A DNA stretch of 64,000 nucleotides from Candidatus Marinacidobacterium sp. (GCA_965220965.1 CBDCRI010000001.1:96001-160000); one strand, 5' to 3'; positions 46,285 to 56,598 are shown, counted from the first letter of the stretch. The notes: a model not told the origin generated them from the letters alone. A program made the numbers and translations.

Positions 46285-48228
46285 ATGGCCGCCCCCACGG
46301 ACGCCGCGCGCGCGGCCAACCCGCTGCTGGCGCTGCCGCAGGACTACCGCGACCTCTCCCTCGCCCACGTCCGCCTCGACGAGATCCCGGTCGATGGCCC
46401 CGAGGCGCCGAAGCGCCTGCTGTACGCCGCCTGCGAGGCCGTCGAGCTGCGCCCCACCAGGGGCGGCGACCCGATGGCGCTGGCCACGCTCTGCGACGGC
46501 GAGCGCCGCGAGCAGGTGGCCCTGTTCCGCGGGCAGTGGGAGCAGGGAGGCGCCGAGGCCGGGCGGCCGATCCTGATGCGGGTGCGGCGGCGGCTGGTCA
46601 ACGGCGAGGCGCGGCTGGCCAACGCCGACGTCTACCCCCCTTGGGCGCACGGCCGCGTCATCGCCCTGCACAAGGGCCGCTCCGGGCACGCCAGCGCCCT
46701 CGAGGCGCACGCGCTGGCTGCGGCGGCGCTGGCCGACGGGGAAGGCGCCCTGCGCGAGGCGGTGGACGCGCTGCGCGAGCGCCTGCCCGGCCGGCCGCGG
46801 GCCTACCTGCGGCGGGCCGGCAGCCCGCGCGAGTCCTACGGGGCCTGGCTTTCGGACCTGCACGCGCCGCGCACGGCGGCCGAGGGCCTGGCGGCCCGCG
46901 AGTGCGGATTGAAGCTGGCGGCCATGGACCTGCTGACGCGGGCCGGCGCCGGCCAGGCGCCGGCGGCAGGGGAGCCGATGCGGCTGCCCAAGGCGGCGGT
47001 CGAGCGGGCCGTGCGCGACGTCGAGGCGCACTCCGGGTTCGCCCTGTCGCGCGCCCAGCGCGGCGTGGTCAGCGCCCTCGCGGCGGCGCTCGCCGCCGGC
47101 GACCGGCGCATCCTGCTGCACGGCGAGGTGGGCTCCGGCAAGACCTACGTGTTCCTGCCGGTCGCGGCGGCCGCGGCCCGCGCCGGCCACCGCGTGCACC
47201 TGATGTCGCCCAACCGCCTGCTCGCCGCGCAGACCCACGCCGTGGCCAAGGGCGCCTACCCGGACCTGGCCCCGCAGCTGGTCGCCTCCGGCAGGGCGAA
47301 GGCGGCCGCCGGCCGCCTGCTGATCGGCACCCAGGCGCTGCTGCGGCTGGCGGAGCGGCCCGACTTCGCGGTGGTGGACGAGGAGCAGAAGGTCGGGGCG
47401 GAGCAGAAGCGCGCCATGGAGGCCGGGCGCCTGCTGGAGGTCTCGGCCACGCCGCTGCCGCGCACCCTCGCCATCGCCCGGCTCGGCGGCCGCCGCCTGC
47501 TGTCCCTGCCGGCGCGCTCCGCCGACCGGCGCATCGAGTGCCGCATCGAGGAGCCGGACGGCCTGCGCCCGGTGATGGACGCGATCAGGGCCGACCTCGC
47601 CCAAGGGGTCAACGTGGCGGTCATCTACCCGCACGCGAAGCGCGGCTACGGCTCGGTCGACGAGGCGCGCTCGCGCTGGGAGCGCGCCATGCCCGGCGAC
47701 GTCATCAGCCTGCACGGCCAGCTCGACGCGGCGGCCAGGAACGCCGCCCTGCTGCGCGTGCTGCACCCGCCGCCGGGGCGCCGGGCGCGCGGGGCGGTGA
47801 TCCTCGCCACCTCCATCCTGGAGATCGGCGTCACGCTGCCGAACCTGAAGCGCATGGTGGTCTACGGCCCGGACCGCCAGGGCGCCTCATCGCTGCACCA
47901 GATGCGCGGCCGGCTGTGCCGGCAGGGCGGGGAGGGGGTGATGCACCTGCTGCTGCCCAAGCCGGCGGAGCGGATGCCGAAGGCCACCATGGAGCGGCTG
48001 CGCGCCGTCCAGGGCACCGCCTCGGGGGCGGAGGTCGCGGCCGCCGACGCGGACCGCCGCGGCTTCGGCGAGCTGCGGCGCATGGGGCTGATGCAGTCCG
48101 GCAAGGACGACGACCCGCTGCTCGCCGGGGCCGACCCCAGCCTTCAGGACCTGCTGTCGGTCATGCGTCCCCAGGGCCGGGGCCGGCGCCGGCCGGCCCC
48201 GGCCCCAGGGCGCCGACCGCGGCCCTGA
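46285..48228 (+). CDS. recG: RecG-like helicase
   Basis: LP..Y.D, LLHGEVGSGKT, IGTQAL, VDEEQKVG, SATPLPRT, ATSILEIGV, LHQMRGR, D...RGFGE...QSG. Confidence 0.85.
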   Translation: MAAPTDAARAANPLLALPQDYRDLSLAHVRLDEIPVDGPEAPKRLLYAACEAVELRPTRGGDPMALATLCDGERREQVALFRGQWEQGGAEAGRPILMRVRRRLVNGEARLANADVYPPWAHGRVIALHKGRSGHASALEAHALAAAALADGEGALREAVDALRERLPGRPRAYLRRAGSPRESYGAWLSDLHAPRTAAEGLAARECGLKLAAMDLLTRAGAGQAPAAGEPMRLPKAAVERAVRDVEAHSGFALSRAQRGVVSALAAALAAGDRRILLHGEVGSGKTYVFLPVAAAAARAGHRVHLMSPNRLLAAQTHAVAKGAYPDLAPQLVASGRAKAAAGRLLIGTQALLRLAERPDFAVVDEEQKVGAEQKRAMEAGRLLEVSATPLPRTLAIARLGGRRLLSLPARSADRRIECRIEEPDGLRPVMDAIRADLAQGVNVAVIYPHAKRGYGSVDEARSRWERAMPGDVISLHGQLDAAARNAALLRVLHPPPGRRARGAVILATSILEIGVTLPNLKRMVVYGPDRQGASSLHQMRGRLCRQGGEGVMHLLLPKPAERMPKATMERLRAVQGTASGAEVAAADADRRGFGELRRMGLMQSGKDDDPLLAGADPSLQDLLSVMRPQGRGRRRPAPAPGRRPRP

Positions 48229-50242
48229 GCTGCGGCAGCAGGCTGGTCGCGTCGGGGGCGGCCACGCTGCCCGCCGCCTGGCTGAACGCCGCCGCGGAGC
48301 CGTGGACGCGCACCGTGCGACGGGCGCGGGTGACGGCCGTGTAGAGGTGCTCGCGGCTCCATCCGGCGTCGGGCGGCAGCACCACGCCGACGTGCTCGAA
48401 CTCCGAGCCCTGGGCCGCGTGCACGGTGGTGGCGTAGGCCAGGTCGAGCTCGGCCAGGGCGTCCTCGCGGTGGCGCCGCTCAAGCCCGTCCCAGTCCACG
48501 GCTAGCGCCGTCCCCTCGACGCCGACGACGCGGCCGATGGCGCCGTTCATCACGCCCAGCCGGTAGTTGTTGCGCGTCTGCCGCACGCGGTCGCCGACCC
48601 GCGCGACGTGGCGGCGCCCCTCGCCGATGGGCAGCGACGGCCCCTCCGGGTTGAGCGCCGCCTGGGCGGCCGCGTTCAGCGCCCGCACCCCGTAGGCGCC
48701 CTCGTGGCGCGCCGAGAACCACTGCCGCGGCGGCCCCTCGGCCAGGCTGCCCGCCCACTCCAGCGCGCTCGCCTGCAGGTGGGCGGGCAGCTCGGTCCAG
48801 GCCAGGTCGGGGGAGGCGAGCCCCCAGGGCGCCTCGCCCTGGCGCAGCCGCTCCGCCAGCTCCAGCACCCCGGAGCCGGCGTCCTGGCGGAACACCTCGG
48901 TCAGGCGCGTCACCGGGAACGCCCCGCAGTCGATCAGGTCGCGCAGCACGTTGCCGTCGCCCACCGGCGGCAGCTGGTTGGGGTCGCCGGAGAGGATCAG
49001 GCGGGCGCCGTCGGGCAGCGCCGACAGCAGGCTCAGGCACAGCGCGCGGTCGAGCATCGAGGCCTCGTCGACGTAGACGTCGGCCTTGGGCAGCGGCCGG
49101 TCGGCGTGGTGCCCGAAGGCGCCGGCGGCGGTGGCCTTCAGCAGCCGGTGGACGGTGTGCGCGGGCCGCCCGCAGGCCTCCTCGAGCCGCTGCGCGGCGC
49201 GCCCGGTCGGCGCGCACAGGAACACCTTCCCGGCGGCCGCGGACTGCTCCGCCATGTGCCGGATCACCGTGGTCTTGCCGACCCCCGGGCCGCCGGTGAG
49301 GATCGACACCGGGTGCCGGTTGGCCATGCCCACGGCCTCCCGCTGGGCCGCCGACAGGCCGTCCTGCGACATCCGCGTGCGGCGGTCCCGGCGGCGGCCG
49401 GCGGCCTCCGAGCGCAGCCGGCCGAGCTGGTCGATGACCTGGGCGTCGGCCTCCCAGCCGCTCCAGCCCCACAGCAGGCTGCCGTCCCAGCGGCACAGCT
49501 CGGCCTCCGCCGCCCGGCGCACCGCCGCCTCCACGTCGGCGCGCGCGAACCCGTGCGCGGCCATCGGCCGCCACAGGTCGTCGACCGCCTTGCCGCACAG
49601 CGCGCCGGCCTCGTCCCAGCCGGCCAGGGCGGCGCCGACCCAGGCGTCGGCGCGCTCCGGGGCGCCCGGCAGGTGGCCCAGCGCCAGCGCCATGGCGTCG
49701 ATGGCGCGCAGGCTTCCCACCTCGCCGTCGAGCAGCCCGTAGGGGTCCGCGACCAGCGCCTCCCAGGGCGCGCCCATGGTGTCGTGGAGGATGCGCTCCG
49801 CCAGGTGGGCCGGGGCGCCGGCCCGGCGCAGCACGCCGTAGGCGCGGACCTCCCTCTCGAACGCCCGAACCCAGGGGGCGTCGGCCATGGCGCGGCAGGC
49901 GGGCAGCGCCCCGAGGCCCGCCGCGGCCGCCCGGAAGCCCTCCGGCGGCGCGCCCGGCGGCCCGCCCTGGGCGGCGCGCTCGGCGGCGAATGCGGCCGCC
50001 TGGGCGCGGGTCAGGGCGGGGAACACGTAGCGGCGCCCGGCCTGCTCGACCAGGTAGGCGCTGGAGCCCGGCGGCGGCGGCTGGATGGCGAACGCCTCGC
50101 CCGCCGCGCCGCCCTCCGCGACCACGACCAGAACGCGCCCCACCGGGCAGAAGGCCGTGCAGCGGAAGCCGTCGAGGACGGTGACGCGCACCTCGGGCGC
50201 GGCGCGCAGGTAGGCGGCGGCCGGGCCGCCGGCGTCAGCCAC
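48161..50242 (-). CDS. recD2: RecD2-like SF1B helicase
   Basis: DPY.L, LTGGPGVGKTT, APTGRAA, TVHRLL, DEASM, GDPNQLPPVG, RQ, NG..G, LAYATTVHAAQGSE, LYTAVTRAR. Confidence 0.88.
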   Translation of the reverse strand: MADAGGPAAAYLRAAPEVRVTVLDGFRCTAFCPVGRVLVVVAEGGAAGEAFAIQPPPPGSSAYLVEQAGRRYVFPALTRAQAAAFAAERAAQGGPPGAPPEGFRAAAAGLGALPACRAMADAPWVRAFEREVRAYGVLRRAGAPAHLAERILHDTMGAPWEALVADPYGLLDGEVGSLRAIDAMALALGHLPGAPERADAWVGAALAGWDEAGALCGKAVDDLWRPMAAHGFARADVEAAVRRAAEAELCRWDGSLLWGWSGWEADAQVIDQLGRLRSEAAGRRRDRRTRMSQDGLSAAQREAVGMANRHPVSILTGGPGVGKTTVIRHMAEQSAAAGKVFLCAPTGRAAQRLEEACGRPAHTVHRLLKATAAGAFGHHADRPLPKADVYVDEASMLDRALCLSLLSALPDGARLILSGDPNQLPPVGDGNVLRDLIDCGAFPVTRLTEVFRQDAGSGVLELAERLRQGEAPWGLASPDLAWTELPAHLQASALEWAGSLAEGPPRQWFSARHEGAYGVRALNAAAQAALNPEGPSLPIGEGRRHVARVGDRVRQTRNNYRLGVMNGAIGRVVGVEGTALAVDWDGLERRHREDALAELDLAYATTVHAAQGSEFEHVGVVLPPDAGWSREHLYTAVTRARRTVRVHGSAAAFSQAAGSVAAPDATSLLPQLRAAVGALGPGPAGAGPGPGDA

Positions 50243-50378
50243 GGCGCTGGCCCAGGGGCCGGCGTCGCCGGCCCCGAAAGCCCCAAGAACGCCGATTGAC
50301 CCGCCGCATCGCCCAGACTCCCGCCTCGTGGCAAGGCATTATAGAATCGGCCCGCCAAACCGAGTCCCCGGAGGCCCC

Positions 50379-51056
50379 ATGACCGCCAGCGCCCGACGCG
50401 CCGCCCGAGGCGCCCTGCCCGCGCTGCTGGCGCTGGCCGCGGCCGCGTGGGGCGAGCCGGCCGGCCCTCCGGACGCCGCCCGCACCGCCGAAGGGGCCGC
50501 CTTCCACGGCGCCATCGTCGGCCCCGGGGTGCGCGTCGCCTTCATCCGCACCCGGCAGTCGCGCCGCCCGCTGGCCTACCGGCTCGGCGAGCGGCCGCTG
50601 CCCGGCGCCCGGCTGGCCGCCATCGAGCCCGACCGCGCCGTGCTGGCGCTGGCCGGGGGCGGCGAGGTCGTGCTGCGCATGGCGGGGGCCGCGCCGCCGG
50701 CCCTGCGGCCGCACCGGGCCAAGGCCGCGCGCGCGGCGGCCGCGCCGGAGCCTGCCACCTCCCGGCCGCCGCGCCTGAAGCGGTCGGGCGAGGGCGCCTG
50801 GACGGTGGCCGAGGCCGGACCGGGCTCGGCCATGCGCCGGGCCGGGTTCGCGGCCGGCGACCGGATCCTCGCGGTCGGCGGCCGGCCCCCCGACGCGCTG
50901 CCGCCCGACGCCCGCGGCTGGGCGCTGGCGGCGGGGGAGGGCGCCCCGATGGCCTTCGAGATCGACCGCGGCGGGCGCCGGCTGACCCTGGCGCTGCACC
51001 CCGACGACTACTACGGCCCACTCCGGCAGGGGCCAACCGGCGGCCCGAAACTATAA
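50379..51056 (+). CDS. GspC/PilP-like exported protein with a PDZ domain
   Basis: G.IVG....AFI......YRLGE..PGARLAAIEPDRAVL; GS...AGF..GD.ILAVGG. Confidence 0.6.
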   Translation: MTASARRAARGALPALLALAAAAWGEPAGPPDAARTAEGAAFHGAIVGPGVRVAFIRTRQSRRPLAYRLGERPLPGARLAAIEPDRAVLALAGGGEVVLRMAGAAPPALRPHRAKAARAAAAPEPATSRPPRLKRSGEGAWTVAEAGPGSAMRRAGFAAGDRILAVGGRPPDALPPDARGWALAAGEGAPMAFEIDRGGRRLTLALHPDDYYGPLRQGPTGGPKL

Positions 51057-51057
51057 T
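51029..51057 (+). promoter_or_regulatory. Promoter GGGGCC-N17-TATAAT overlapping the end of the gspC-like gene
   Basis: Perfect -10 upstream of the 811-aa gene operon. Confidence 0.5.
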
Positions 51058-51060
51058 GGC

Positions 51061-53496
51061 GTGGGACTCCTCACGGACCCCGCCATGCCCGAGCCAGACG
51101 CCGCCGAAGACCCGCCCGCCTTCACCGTCCGCCCGCTGAGCCCCGGCGAGGGGCGCGCCGCCGCACTGCGCTCATGGCGCATCGAGCTGCCCGGCGGCGC
51201 GGCCTGGGACTTCTCCCTCGACGAGGGGCTGGTGCCGGTGCGCGCCTCGCTGATGGTCGGGGCGCCGCCGCGCATCTGCCTGCCGGCCGGCCTGCGGGCC
51301 GCGCTGGCCACCATCGAGGCGGGCGCCGACGACCCGGGCGACGCCCCGCTGCGGCGGGCCTGCCGGGCGCTGTGCGGGGCGCCCCTCGACCCGGCCGCCC
51401 CGGGGGCCGCCGCGCTGCTGCCCTTCACCGACCCGGCGGGCCTGGACCGGGCCGGCGCCGAGGCGCTGCTGCGGGCGGCCGAGGCGCAGGGGGCCGAGGC
51501 CCGCGATGCGGCGCTGCGCGGCCTGCCGGCGGCGCTGACCATGGACGCGGCCGACCGCCAGGCGCGCTACGACGACGACGAGGCGCGCTGGGCGGCCCTG
51601 GCCGACGCGCTGCCGCCGGCCGATGCGGAGCGGCCCCTCACCCTGGCCGACCCGCAGGCGCCGCGCAAGCTCAGCTTCATGCAGATCGACGGCGGCCTGG
51701 CGATCATCGCCACGACGCGCGACGGCGCGCCCGGCGAGGACTGCCTGTTCGTGGCCCGCCACGACCGCGCCCTCGCCCTGCCGCTGCACCGGTTCGAACG
51801 CGGGGCGGGCCACTGCGACACGGCCGCGCGCGGCCACTACCGCAGCGTGCTGCAGTCCTTCGGCTACCCGCTGCGGGCGCCCCGCGAGGTCGGGGGGCGG
51901 GGGTGGATCTACAAGAGGCGCTTCACGCACCCCGCGACCTTCCTCTCCGCAGCCCCCTGGACGCCCGCCTGGCGGCACTCGATCGCTGCCGCCCTGCGGC
52001 AGGCGCCGGACTGGCCGACCCAGCACGGCGACGGCCACGCGCTGCTCGACGCCCTCGGGGTGGCGGAGGGGTGGGGCAGCCGCCAGGGCGCGCGGGCCAT
52101 GGCGGAGGCGGACCGGCCGGGGGTGTCGCGGCGGGCGCTGGCCGGGGCCGTGCGCCGCTCGCCCAAGCGCCTGCTGGCGCTGGCGCAGCTCGGCGACGGC
52201 GCCCTGACGGACGAGGTGGCCAAGCTGGCGCCGGAGGCGGCGCGCCATTGGCCGGCGGCCGGCATCGACCCCGGCCTGCTGAAGGAGATGGACCCCGACC
52301 TGCTCGGCGAGGCCCTGCGGCCGCTGGTGGCGGAAGGCCTGCCGCCGACCGGCGACCCCGCCTTCTGGGCGTTCGTGGCGCAAAGCCCGGACATCCACCG
52401 GCGCCTGCTGCAGCTGGCGCCGGTGGAGGCCATCGACGCCGCGTTGGTCGAGGCGACGCTGGAGGCCCCGGAGGCCTCCGCCTTCCGCGACTTGGCCCAG
52501 GGCGATTTCCAGTGGGAGCGCTTCGCGCGCATCCGGGCGGCGCTTGAGGAGCGCCCGTCGCTCAGGGAGCGGGCGCTGCGCGCCCTGGCGCACGGGCCGC
52601 AGAAGCTCGCCAGGGCGCTCGAGCCGTCCGAGGACGAGCTCACCGACATGGCCGTCGCCGCCGGCGTGCCGGACTTCGGCAGGCACCACGGGGCCGACGA
52701 GGCCGCGGCGCGCCGCATCGCGGCGGCCGTCGTCAACGGCGGCCCGCCGCGCATTCTGGCGCGCTGCGTCAGGGACTGGCCCGAGAGCGTGGACTGGCCG
52801 GAGCTCGCGCCCGCCTTCGCCGCCTTCGCCGAGGCGGACAAGCCCTGGAATCTGGCGTCGCTGCCGGCGGCGTTCTGGCGGCGCCTGACCCCGGAGCAGT
52901 GCGGCGCGCTGGCCGCGGCCCACCCGGAGGGGCTGGTGGGGGAGTGGCCGCCGCTCGACGGGCCGCGCTGGGCGGCCGCGATGGCGGCGCTGCGGGCGCG
53001 GCGCCCGGCGGCGGCGGCCGCGGCGCTCGGCGAGCTCTCCTCGGCCGACTTCCGCGTCCGCAACGGCGGCCGGTTGGGCGGCGGTACCTGGCTGGGCGCC
53101 CTGCGCGCCGCCAGCCCGCAGGCGGCGGAAAGCGCCGCCGCGCTGGTCCTCGAGCAGCCCGTCCCGTTCGCGGCGGCGCTGGCCGGCGAGCTGGCGGAAG
53201 CGCTCTGCCGGGACCTCCCCGGCGGGCCGGCGCACTTCGCCCGGCTGCTCTCGCACGACCTTCCGGCGGACGCGGCGGCGGCCTGCGCGCGCGCCGCCCC
53301 GGCGCTGCTCGCGGCCTGGCCGGACGGCGACCCGCCGGCGGCGCTGCGCCGCGCGGCCGTCGAGTCGGACCCGGCGGCGGTCACGCTGCTGGCGCGCCCG
53401 ACCCCTGACGACCTGGCGGCGGCGGAGCGGGGCCGTCCGGGCCTCGCCGCCCTGCTGGCGGCCGCCAACCCCGGCCACGAGGCGCTGGCGGGATGA
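51061..53496 (+). CDS. Large hypothetical protein with a helical-repeat C-terminal half
   Basis: Codon bias; last repeat AAVESDPAAVTLLARPT resembles DUF4116 units; start may be slightly downstream. Confidence 0.65.
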   Translation: MGLLTDPAMPEPDAAEDPPAFTVRPLSPGEGRAAALRSWRIELPGGAAWDFSLDEGLVPVRASLMVGAPPRICLPAGLRAALATIEAGADDPGDAPLRRACRALCGAPLDPAAPGAAALLPFTDPAGLDRAGAEALLRAAEAQGAEARDAALRGLPAALTMDAADRQARYDDDEARWAALADALPPADAERPLTLADPQAPRKLSFMQIDGGLAIIATTRDGAPGEDCLFVARHDRALALPLHRFERGAGHCDTAARGHYRSVLQSFGYPLRAPREVGGRGWIYKRRFTHPATFLSAAPWTPAWRHSIAAALRQAPDWPTQHGDGHALLDALGVAEGWGSRQGARAMAEADRPGVSRRALAGAVRRSPKRLLALAQLGDGALTDEVAKLAPEAARHWPAAGIDPGLLKEMDPDLLGEALRPLVAEGLPPTGDPAFWAFVAQSPDIHRRLLQLAPVEAIDAALVEATLEAPEASAFRDLAQGDFQWERFARIRAALEERPSLRERALRALAHGPQKLARALEPSEDELTDMAVAAGVPDFGRHHGADEAAARRIAAAVVNGGPPRILARCVRDWPESVDWPELAPAFAAFAEADKPWNLASLPAAFWRRLTPEQCGALAAAHPEGLVGEWPPLDGPRWAAAMAALRARRPAAAAAALGELSSADFRVRNGGRLGGGTWLGALRAASPQAAESAAALVLEQPVPFAAALAGELAEALCRDLPGGPAHFARLLSHDLPADAAAACARAAPALLAAWPDGDPPAALRRAAVESDPAAVTLLARPTPDDLAAAERGRPGLAALLAAANPGHEALAG

Positions 53497-53858
53497 GCGC
53501 GGCGTCGCCCTGCACCGGCCTGTGCGTGCTCGGCCCGGACGACGCGGTCTGCCGCGGCTGCCTGCGCTCGGCCGGCGAGATCGCCGCCTGGGCCGGGGCC
53601 GGCGAGGCGGCCCGCCAGGCGGTCCTGCGGCGCCTCAGGGCGGTGCAGGACCGCGCCGTGAGGGCGGTGCTGCCGGACTCGGAGATCGAGTCCCTCGGCG
53701 GCACGCCGGCCGCCGCCGTGGGCCGCCTGGAGGCGGCCGCGGCGCGGGCCCAGGCGCCCCCGCCGCTGGCGCTGGCCTGCGACGAGGCGCACCTGCTCAT
53801 GCGCATCCGCGCCGAGGCCGTCCACCTGTCCATCGCATCCTTGGAGGAACCCCCATGA
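53493..53858 (+). CDS. DUF1289 family Cys-rich protein
   Basis: SPCTGLC..CRGCLRS..EIAAW. Confidence 0.75.
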   Translation: MSAASPCTGLCVLGPDDAVCRGCLRSAGEIAAWAGAGEAARQAVLRRLRAVQDRAVRAVLPDSEIESLGGTPAAAVGRLEAAAARAQAPPPLALACDEAHLLMRIRAEAVHLSIASLEEPP

Positions 53859-54559
53859 CCCATCCCGTGCACCACGCGCAAAGCTCCGCCCGCCAGTACA
53901 AGGGCGAATGGGAGGAGTACGTCCACGTCCACTCCTGGCTCGACGCCACCAAGGCGCACTGCGCCGACTTCCGGCACCGGGCGCTGCGCCACCACTCCCA
54001 AGGGATATTCTGGGCCCAGGACCGCTTCGGGAAGGCGATCATCAACTCCGCCGGGTTGCCCGCGCCGGTGCGCTACGTCGCCGAGATCCACATCCTGGAG
54101 GACTGCAGCACCATCCCCACGCTCTCCGACTGGGCGCGCGAGCTGCGCGTGCCGGACTGGTGGCGGGGGGACCTCGACGCCCGCGCCCACGCGCGCGCCT
54201 CCGCCGAGGAGTTCGGCGGGCATCCCGGCGACCACCTGTGGGTGCATGAGTGGCTCGACAAGCCGCGCAAGTGGCTCCCGGAGGTCTGGGGCTGGGTGCG
54301 CCACAACGCGGAGGAGGTGCACGAGATGGCGACCCTGCGCCCCTCCTACCGGCTGGCCAACGGCCGGCTGGCGGACACCCGCGCCGTCGCCGAGGCGCAC
54401 GTGCGGCGCACCTGCGAGGGCCGGGTGCCGCCCGCCTGCGACTGGCTGCGCCGGTTCCGCCGATGCCGGTGGATGGCGAAACCGTCCCGCGTCCGGGTCG
54501 ACGCCAACGGGCGCCCGCGGGCGGGCGGCAACCTCACCCGCCCCGCCGTGCCGCCGTGA
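53855..54559 (+). CDS. Tandem DUF6915-like His-rich protein
   Basis: HP.HHA.SS....G....Y...H.WLD.TK....DFRHRALRHH motif followed by a second diverged copy; GGAGG SD. Confidence 0.7.
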   Translation: MTHPVHHAQSSARQYKGEWEEYVHVHSWLDATKAHCADFRHRALRHHSQGIFWAQDRFGKAIINSAGLPAPVRYVAEIHILEDCSTIPTLSDWARELRVPDWWRGDLDARAHARASAEEFGGHPGDHLWVHEWLDKPRKWLPEVWGWVRHNAEEVHEMATLRPSYRLANGRLADTRAVAEAHVRRTCEGRVPPACDWLRRFRRCRWMAKPSRVRVDANGRPRAGGNLTRPAVPP

Positions 54560-56571
54560 GCGCGATCACGCTCAACCCCGAGCAGGCGCAGGCCTGCGCG
54601 CAGCTGGAGGGGCCCTGCCTGGTGGTGGCGGGGGCCGGCAGCGGCAAGACGCGCATCATCATCGAGCGGACCGCGCGCCTGATCGAGTCCGGCAAGGCGC
54701 TGCCCGGCAACCTGCTGATCGTGACCTTCACCAACAAGGCGGCCGACGAGATCAAGCAGCGCATCGCCGACCGCATCGGCCACGAGGGCGAGCTCATCGT
54801 CGCCGGCACCTTCCACAGCGTGCTGCACCGCGAGCTGCTCGGCCGCGCCGACACCCTGGCCGCCAGCTTCGAGGACCTCGACGCGCTCGGCCACCAGTTC
54901 GGCAGCCACGAGATCCTCGACGAGGACGCCGCCCGCAAGCTGCTCAAGGAGGCCATCGAGGAGTGCGGGGCCGAGGTCGAGGTCGCCGAGGCGGCCGAGC
55001 GCATGGGCCTGCTGCGCGCCCGCGGGCTGACCGCCGAGGCCTACCGCGGCCGCGCCGGCCCCGAGGAGGCCGGGCTGGTGGCGGCGTGGACGCGCTACGA
55101 GGAGCGCCTGGCGGAGTCCAACGCGCTCGACTTCGACGGCATCCTGATCGCCGCCCTGCGCCTGCTCGAGGAGGTGCCCGGCGTGGCCGAGGCGTTCGCC
55201 GCCGAGTTCCACTACCTGGCCGTCGACGAGTTCCAGGACACCAACCCGGTGCAGGGACGCATCCTGGACCGGATCATGGCCGGCGCGGCGCACGACAACC
55301 TCTGCGCGGTCGGCGACGAGAAGCAGTCGATCTACGGCTTCCGGGGCAGCGACATCGGCATCATCCTCAGCTTCCGCCGGCAGCACCCGAACGCCACCGT
55401 CATCAACATGAACCGCAACTACCGCAGCCAGCCGGGGATCATCCGGGCGGCCAACGCCTGCGCGGCGGCGATGGCCGAGCGGGTGACCGACGGGCGGCTG
55501 CTGGCCGAGGCGCCGCACCCGGCGCTGCCGTGCCTGGTCCGCGAGGACCGCAACCCCTGGGCCGAGGGCGAGCGCATCGCCCGGGCGGTCCGCGAGCAGG
55601 TGCGCCAGGGCGCCAGCCTCGACCAGGTGGCGGTGCTGTACCGCTACCGCGTCGCCAAGGACCCCATCGAGCGGGCGTTCCTGCGCGAGGGGCTGCCGTA
55701 CGTGATCGTCGGCGACGCCAGCTTCTGGCGGCGCTCGCACATCCGCGACGCGATGGCCTTCCTGACCTGCATCACCAAGCCCTGGGCCACCCACGCCACC
55801 CTGCGCACCGTCGAGGGCAGCGCCTCGTTCGGGACCTCGCGCAAGCGGCTGCAGTCGATCGCGGAGGCGAAGGGCGTCTCCATGACCAAGGCGATGGAGG
55901 AGGTGGCCGCGGAGACCGGCAAGGCCGGCCCCAAGCAGTCGGCCCGCAGGATGGCGGCCTACCTCGCGCACCGCGACGCGCTGCGCGACCTGCAGGCCAC
56001 CGGCTACGACCCCGGCGAGCTGGTCGCCCACGCCAAGCGCTTCTGGTCGATCGTCATGGCGCCCAAGTGGGCGCGCCGGGAGGAGGGGCGGCACCTGAAG
56101 CGCGTGGAGAGGGACGTCGACGTGCTGCTCGGCCTGCTTGAGGAGCGCCTGCGCAAGGGGATGGCGTGGGACCAGGCGATGGACGAGATGGCTTTTCTTT
56201 CGGTGGCCAAGCGCGGCGAGGCGCCGGCCGTCACCCTGTCCACGGTGCACTCGGCGAAGGGCCTGGAGTGGGACCACGTGCACTACGCCGGCCTCAACGA
56301 CCTGCGCGAGCGCCAGCGGGACGACCCCGACGAGCGCGAGGAGGAGCGCCGCGTGTTCTACGTCGGCATAACGCGCGCCCGCAAGACGCTCGACCTCTCC
56401 CTGCCGCTGGAGCAGGCGCCGCGGCCCGGAGCCCCGCCGGAGACCGGGCTCATGCCGTCCCGCTTCCTGCAGGAGGTGGTCGACGCCGGGGCGGCCCGCT
56501 TCGCCGACCGGCAGGCCCCGAACCGGCGCCACGGAACGGCCGCGGCCCCGCCGGCCGCGCAGTTGCAATAA
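54556..56571 (+). CDS. uvrD: UvrD/Rep/PcrA SF1A helicase
   Basis: LNPEQ, AGAGSGKT, TFTNKAA, TFHS, VDEFQDTN, VGDEKQSIYGFRG, NYRS, TVHSAKGLEW, EERRVFYVGITRA. Confidence 0.92.
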   Translation: MSAITLNPEQAQACAQLEGPCLVVAGAGSGKTRIIIERTARLIESGKALPGNLLIVTFTNKAADEIKQRIADRIGHEGELIVAGTFHSVLHRELLGRADTLAASFEDLDALGHQFGSHEILDEDAARKLLKEAIEECGAEVEVAEAAERMGLLRARGLTAEAYRGRAGPEEAGLVAAWTRYEERLAESNALDFDGILIAALRLLEEVPGVAEAFAAEFHYLAVDEFQDTNPVQGRILDRIMAGAAHDNLCAVGDEKQSIYGFRGSDIGIILSFRRQHPNATVINMNRNYRSQPGIIRAANACAAAMAERVTDGRLLAEAPHPALPCLVREDRNPWAEGERIARAVREQVRQGASLDQVAVLYRYRVAKDPIERAFLREGLPYVIVGDASFWRRSHIRDAMAFLTCITKPWATHATLRTVEGSASFGTSRKRLQSIAEAKGVSMTKAMEEVAAETGKAGPKQSARRMAAYLAHRDALRDLQATGYDPGELVAHAKRFWSIVMAPKWARREEGRHLKRVERDVDVLLGLLEERLRKGMAWDQAMDEMAFLSVAKRGEAPAVTLSTVHSAKGLEWDHVHYAGLNDLRERQRDDPDEREEERRVFYVGITRARKTLDLSLPLEQAPRPGAPPETGLMPSRFLQEVVDAGAARFADRQAPNRRHGTAAAPPAAQLQ

Positions 56572-56598
56572 TCCGGGTCCGGCCCCCAGGGGGCCGGG

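Noticed and set aside
48161-48228. Convergent 3' overlaps (recG/recD2; also sigma/pfkB-like at 21095-21137) as regulatory antisense
   Set aside because: Low-complexity tails are explained by scarce stop codons in high-GC DNA
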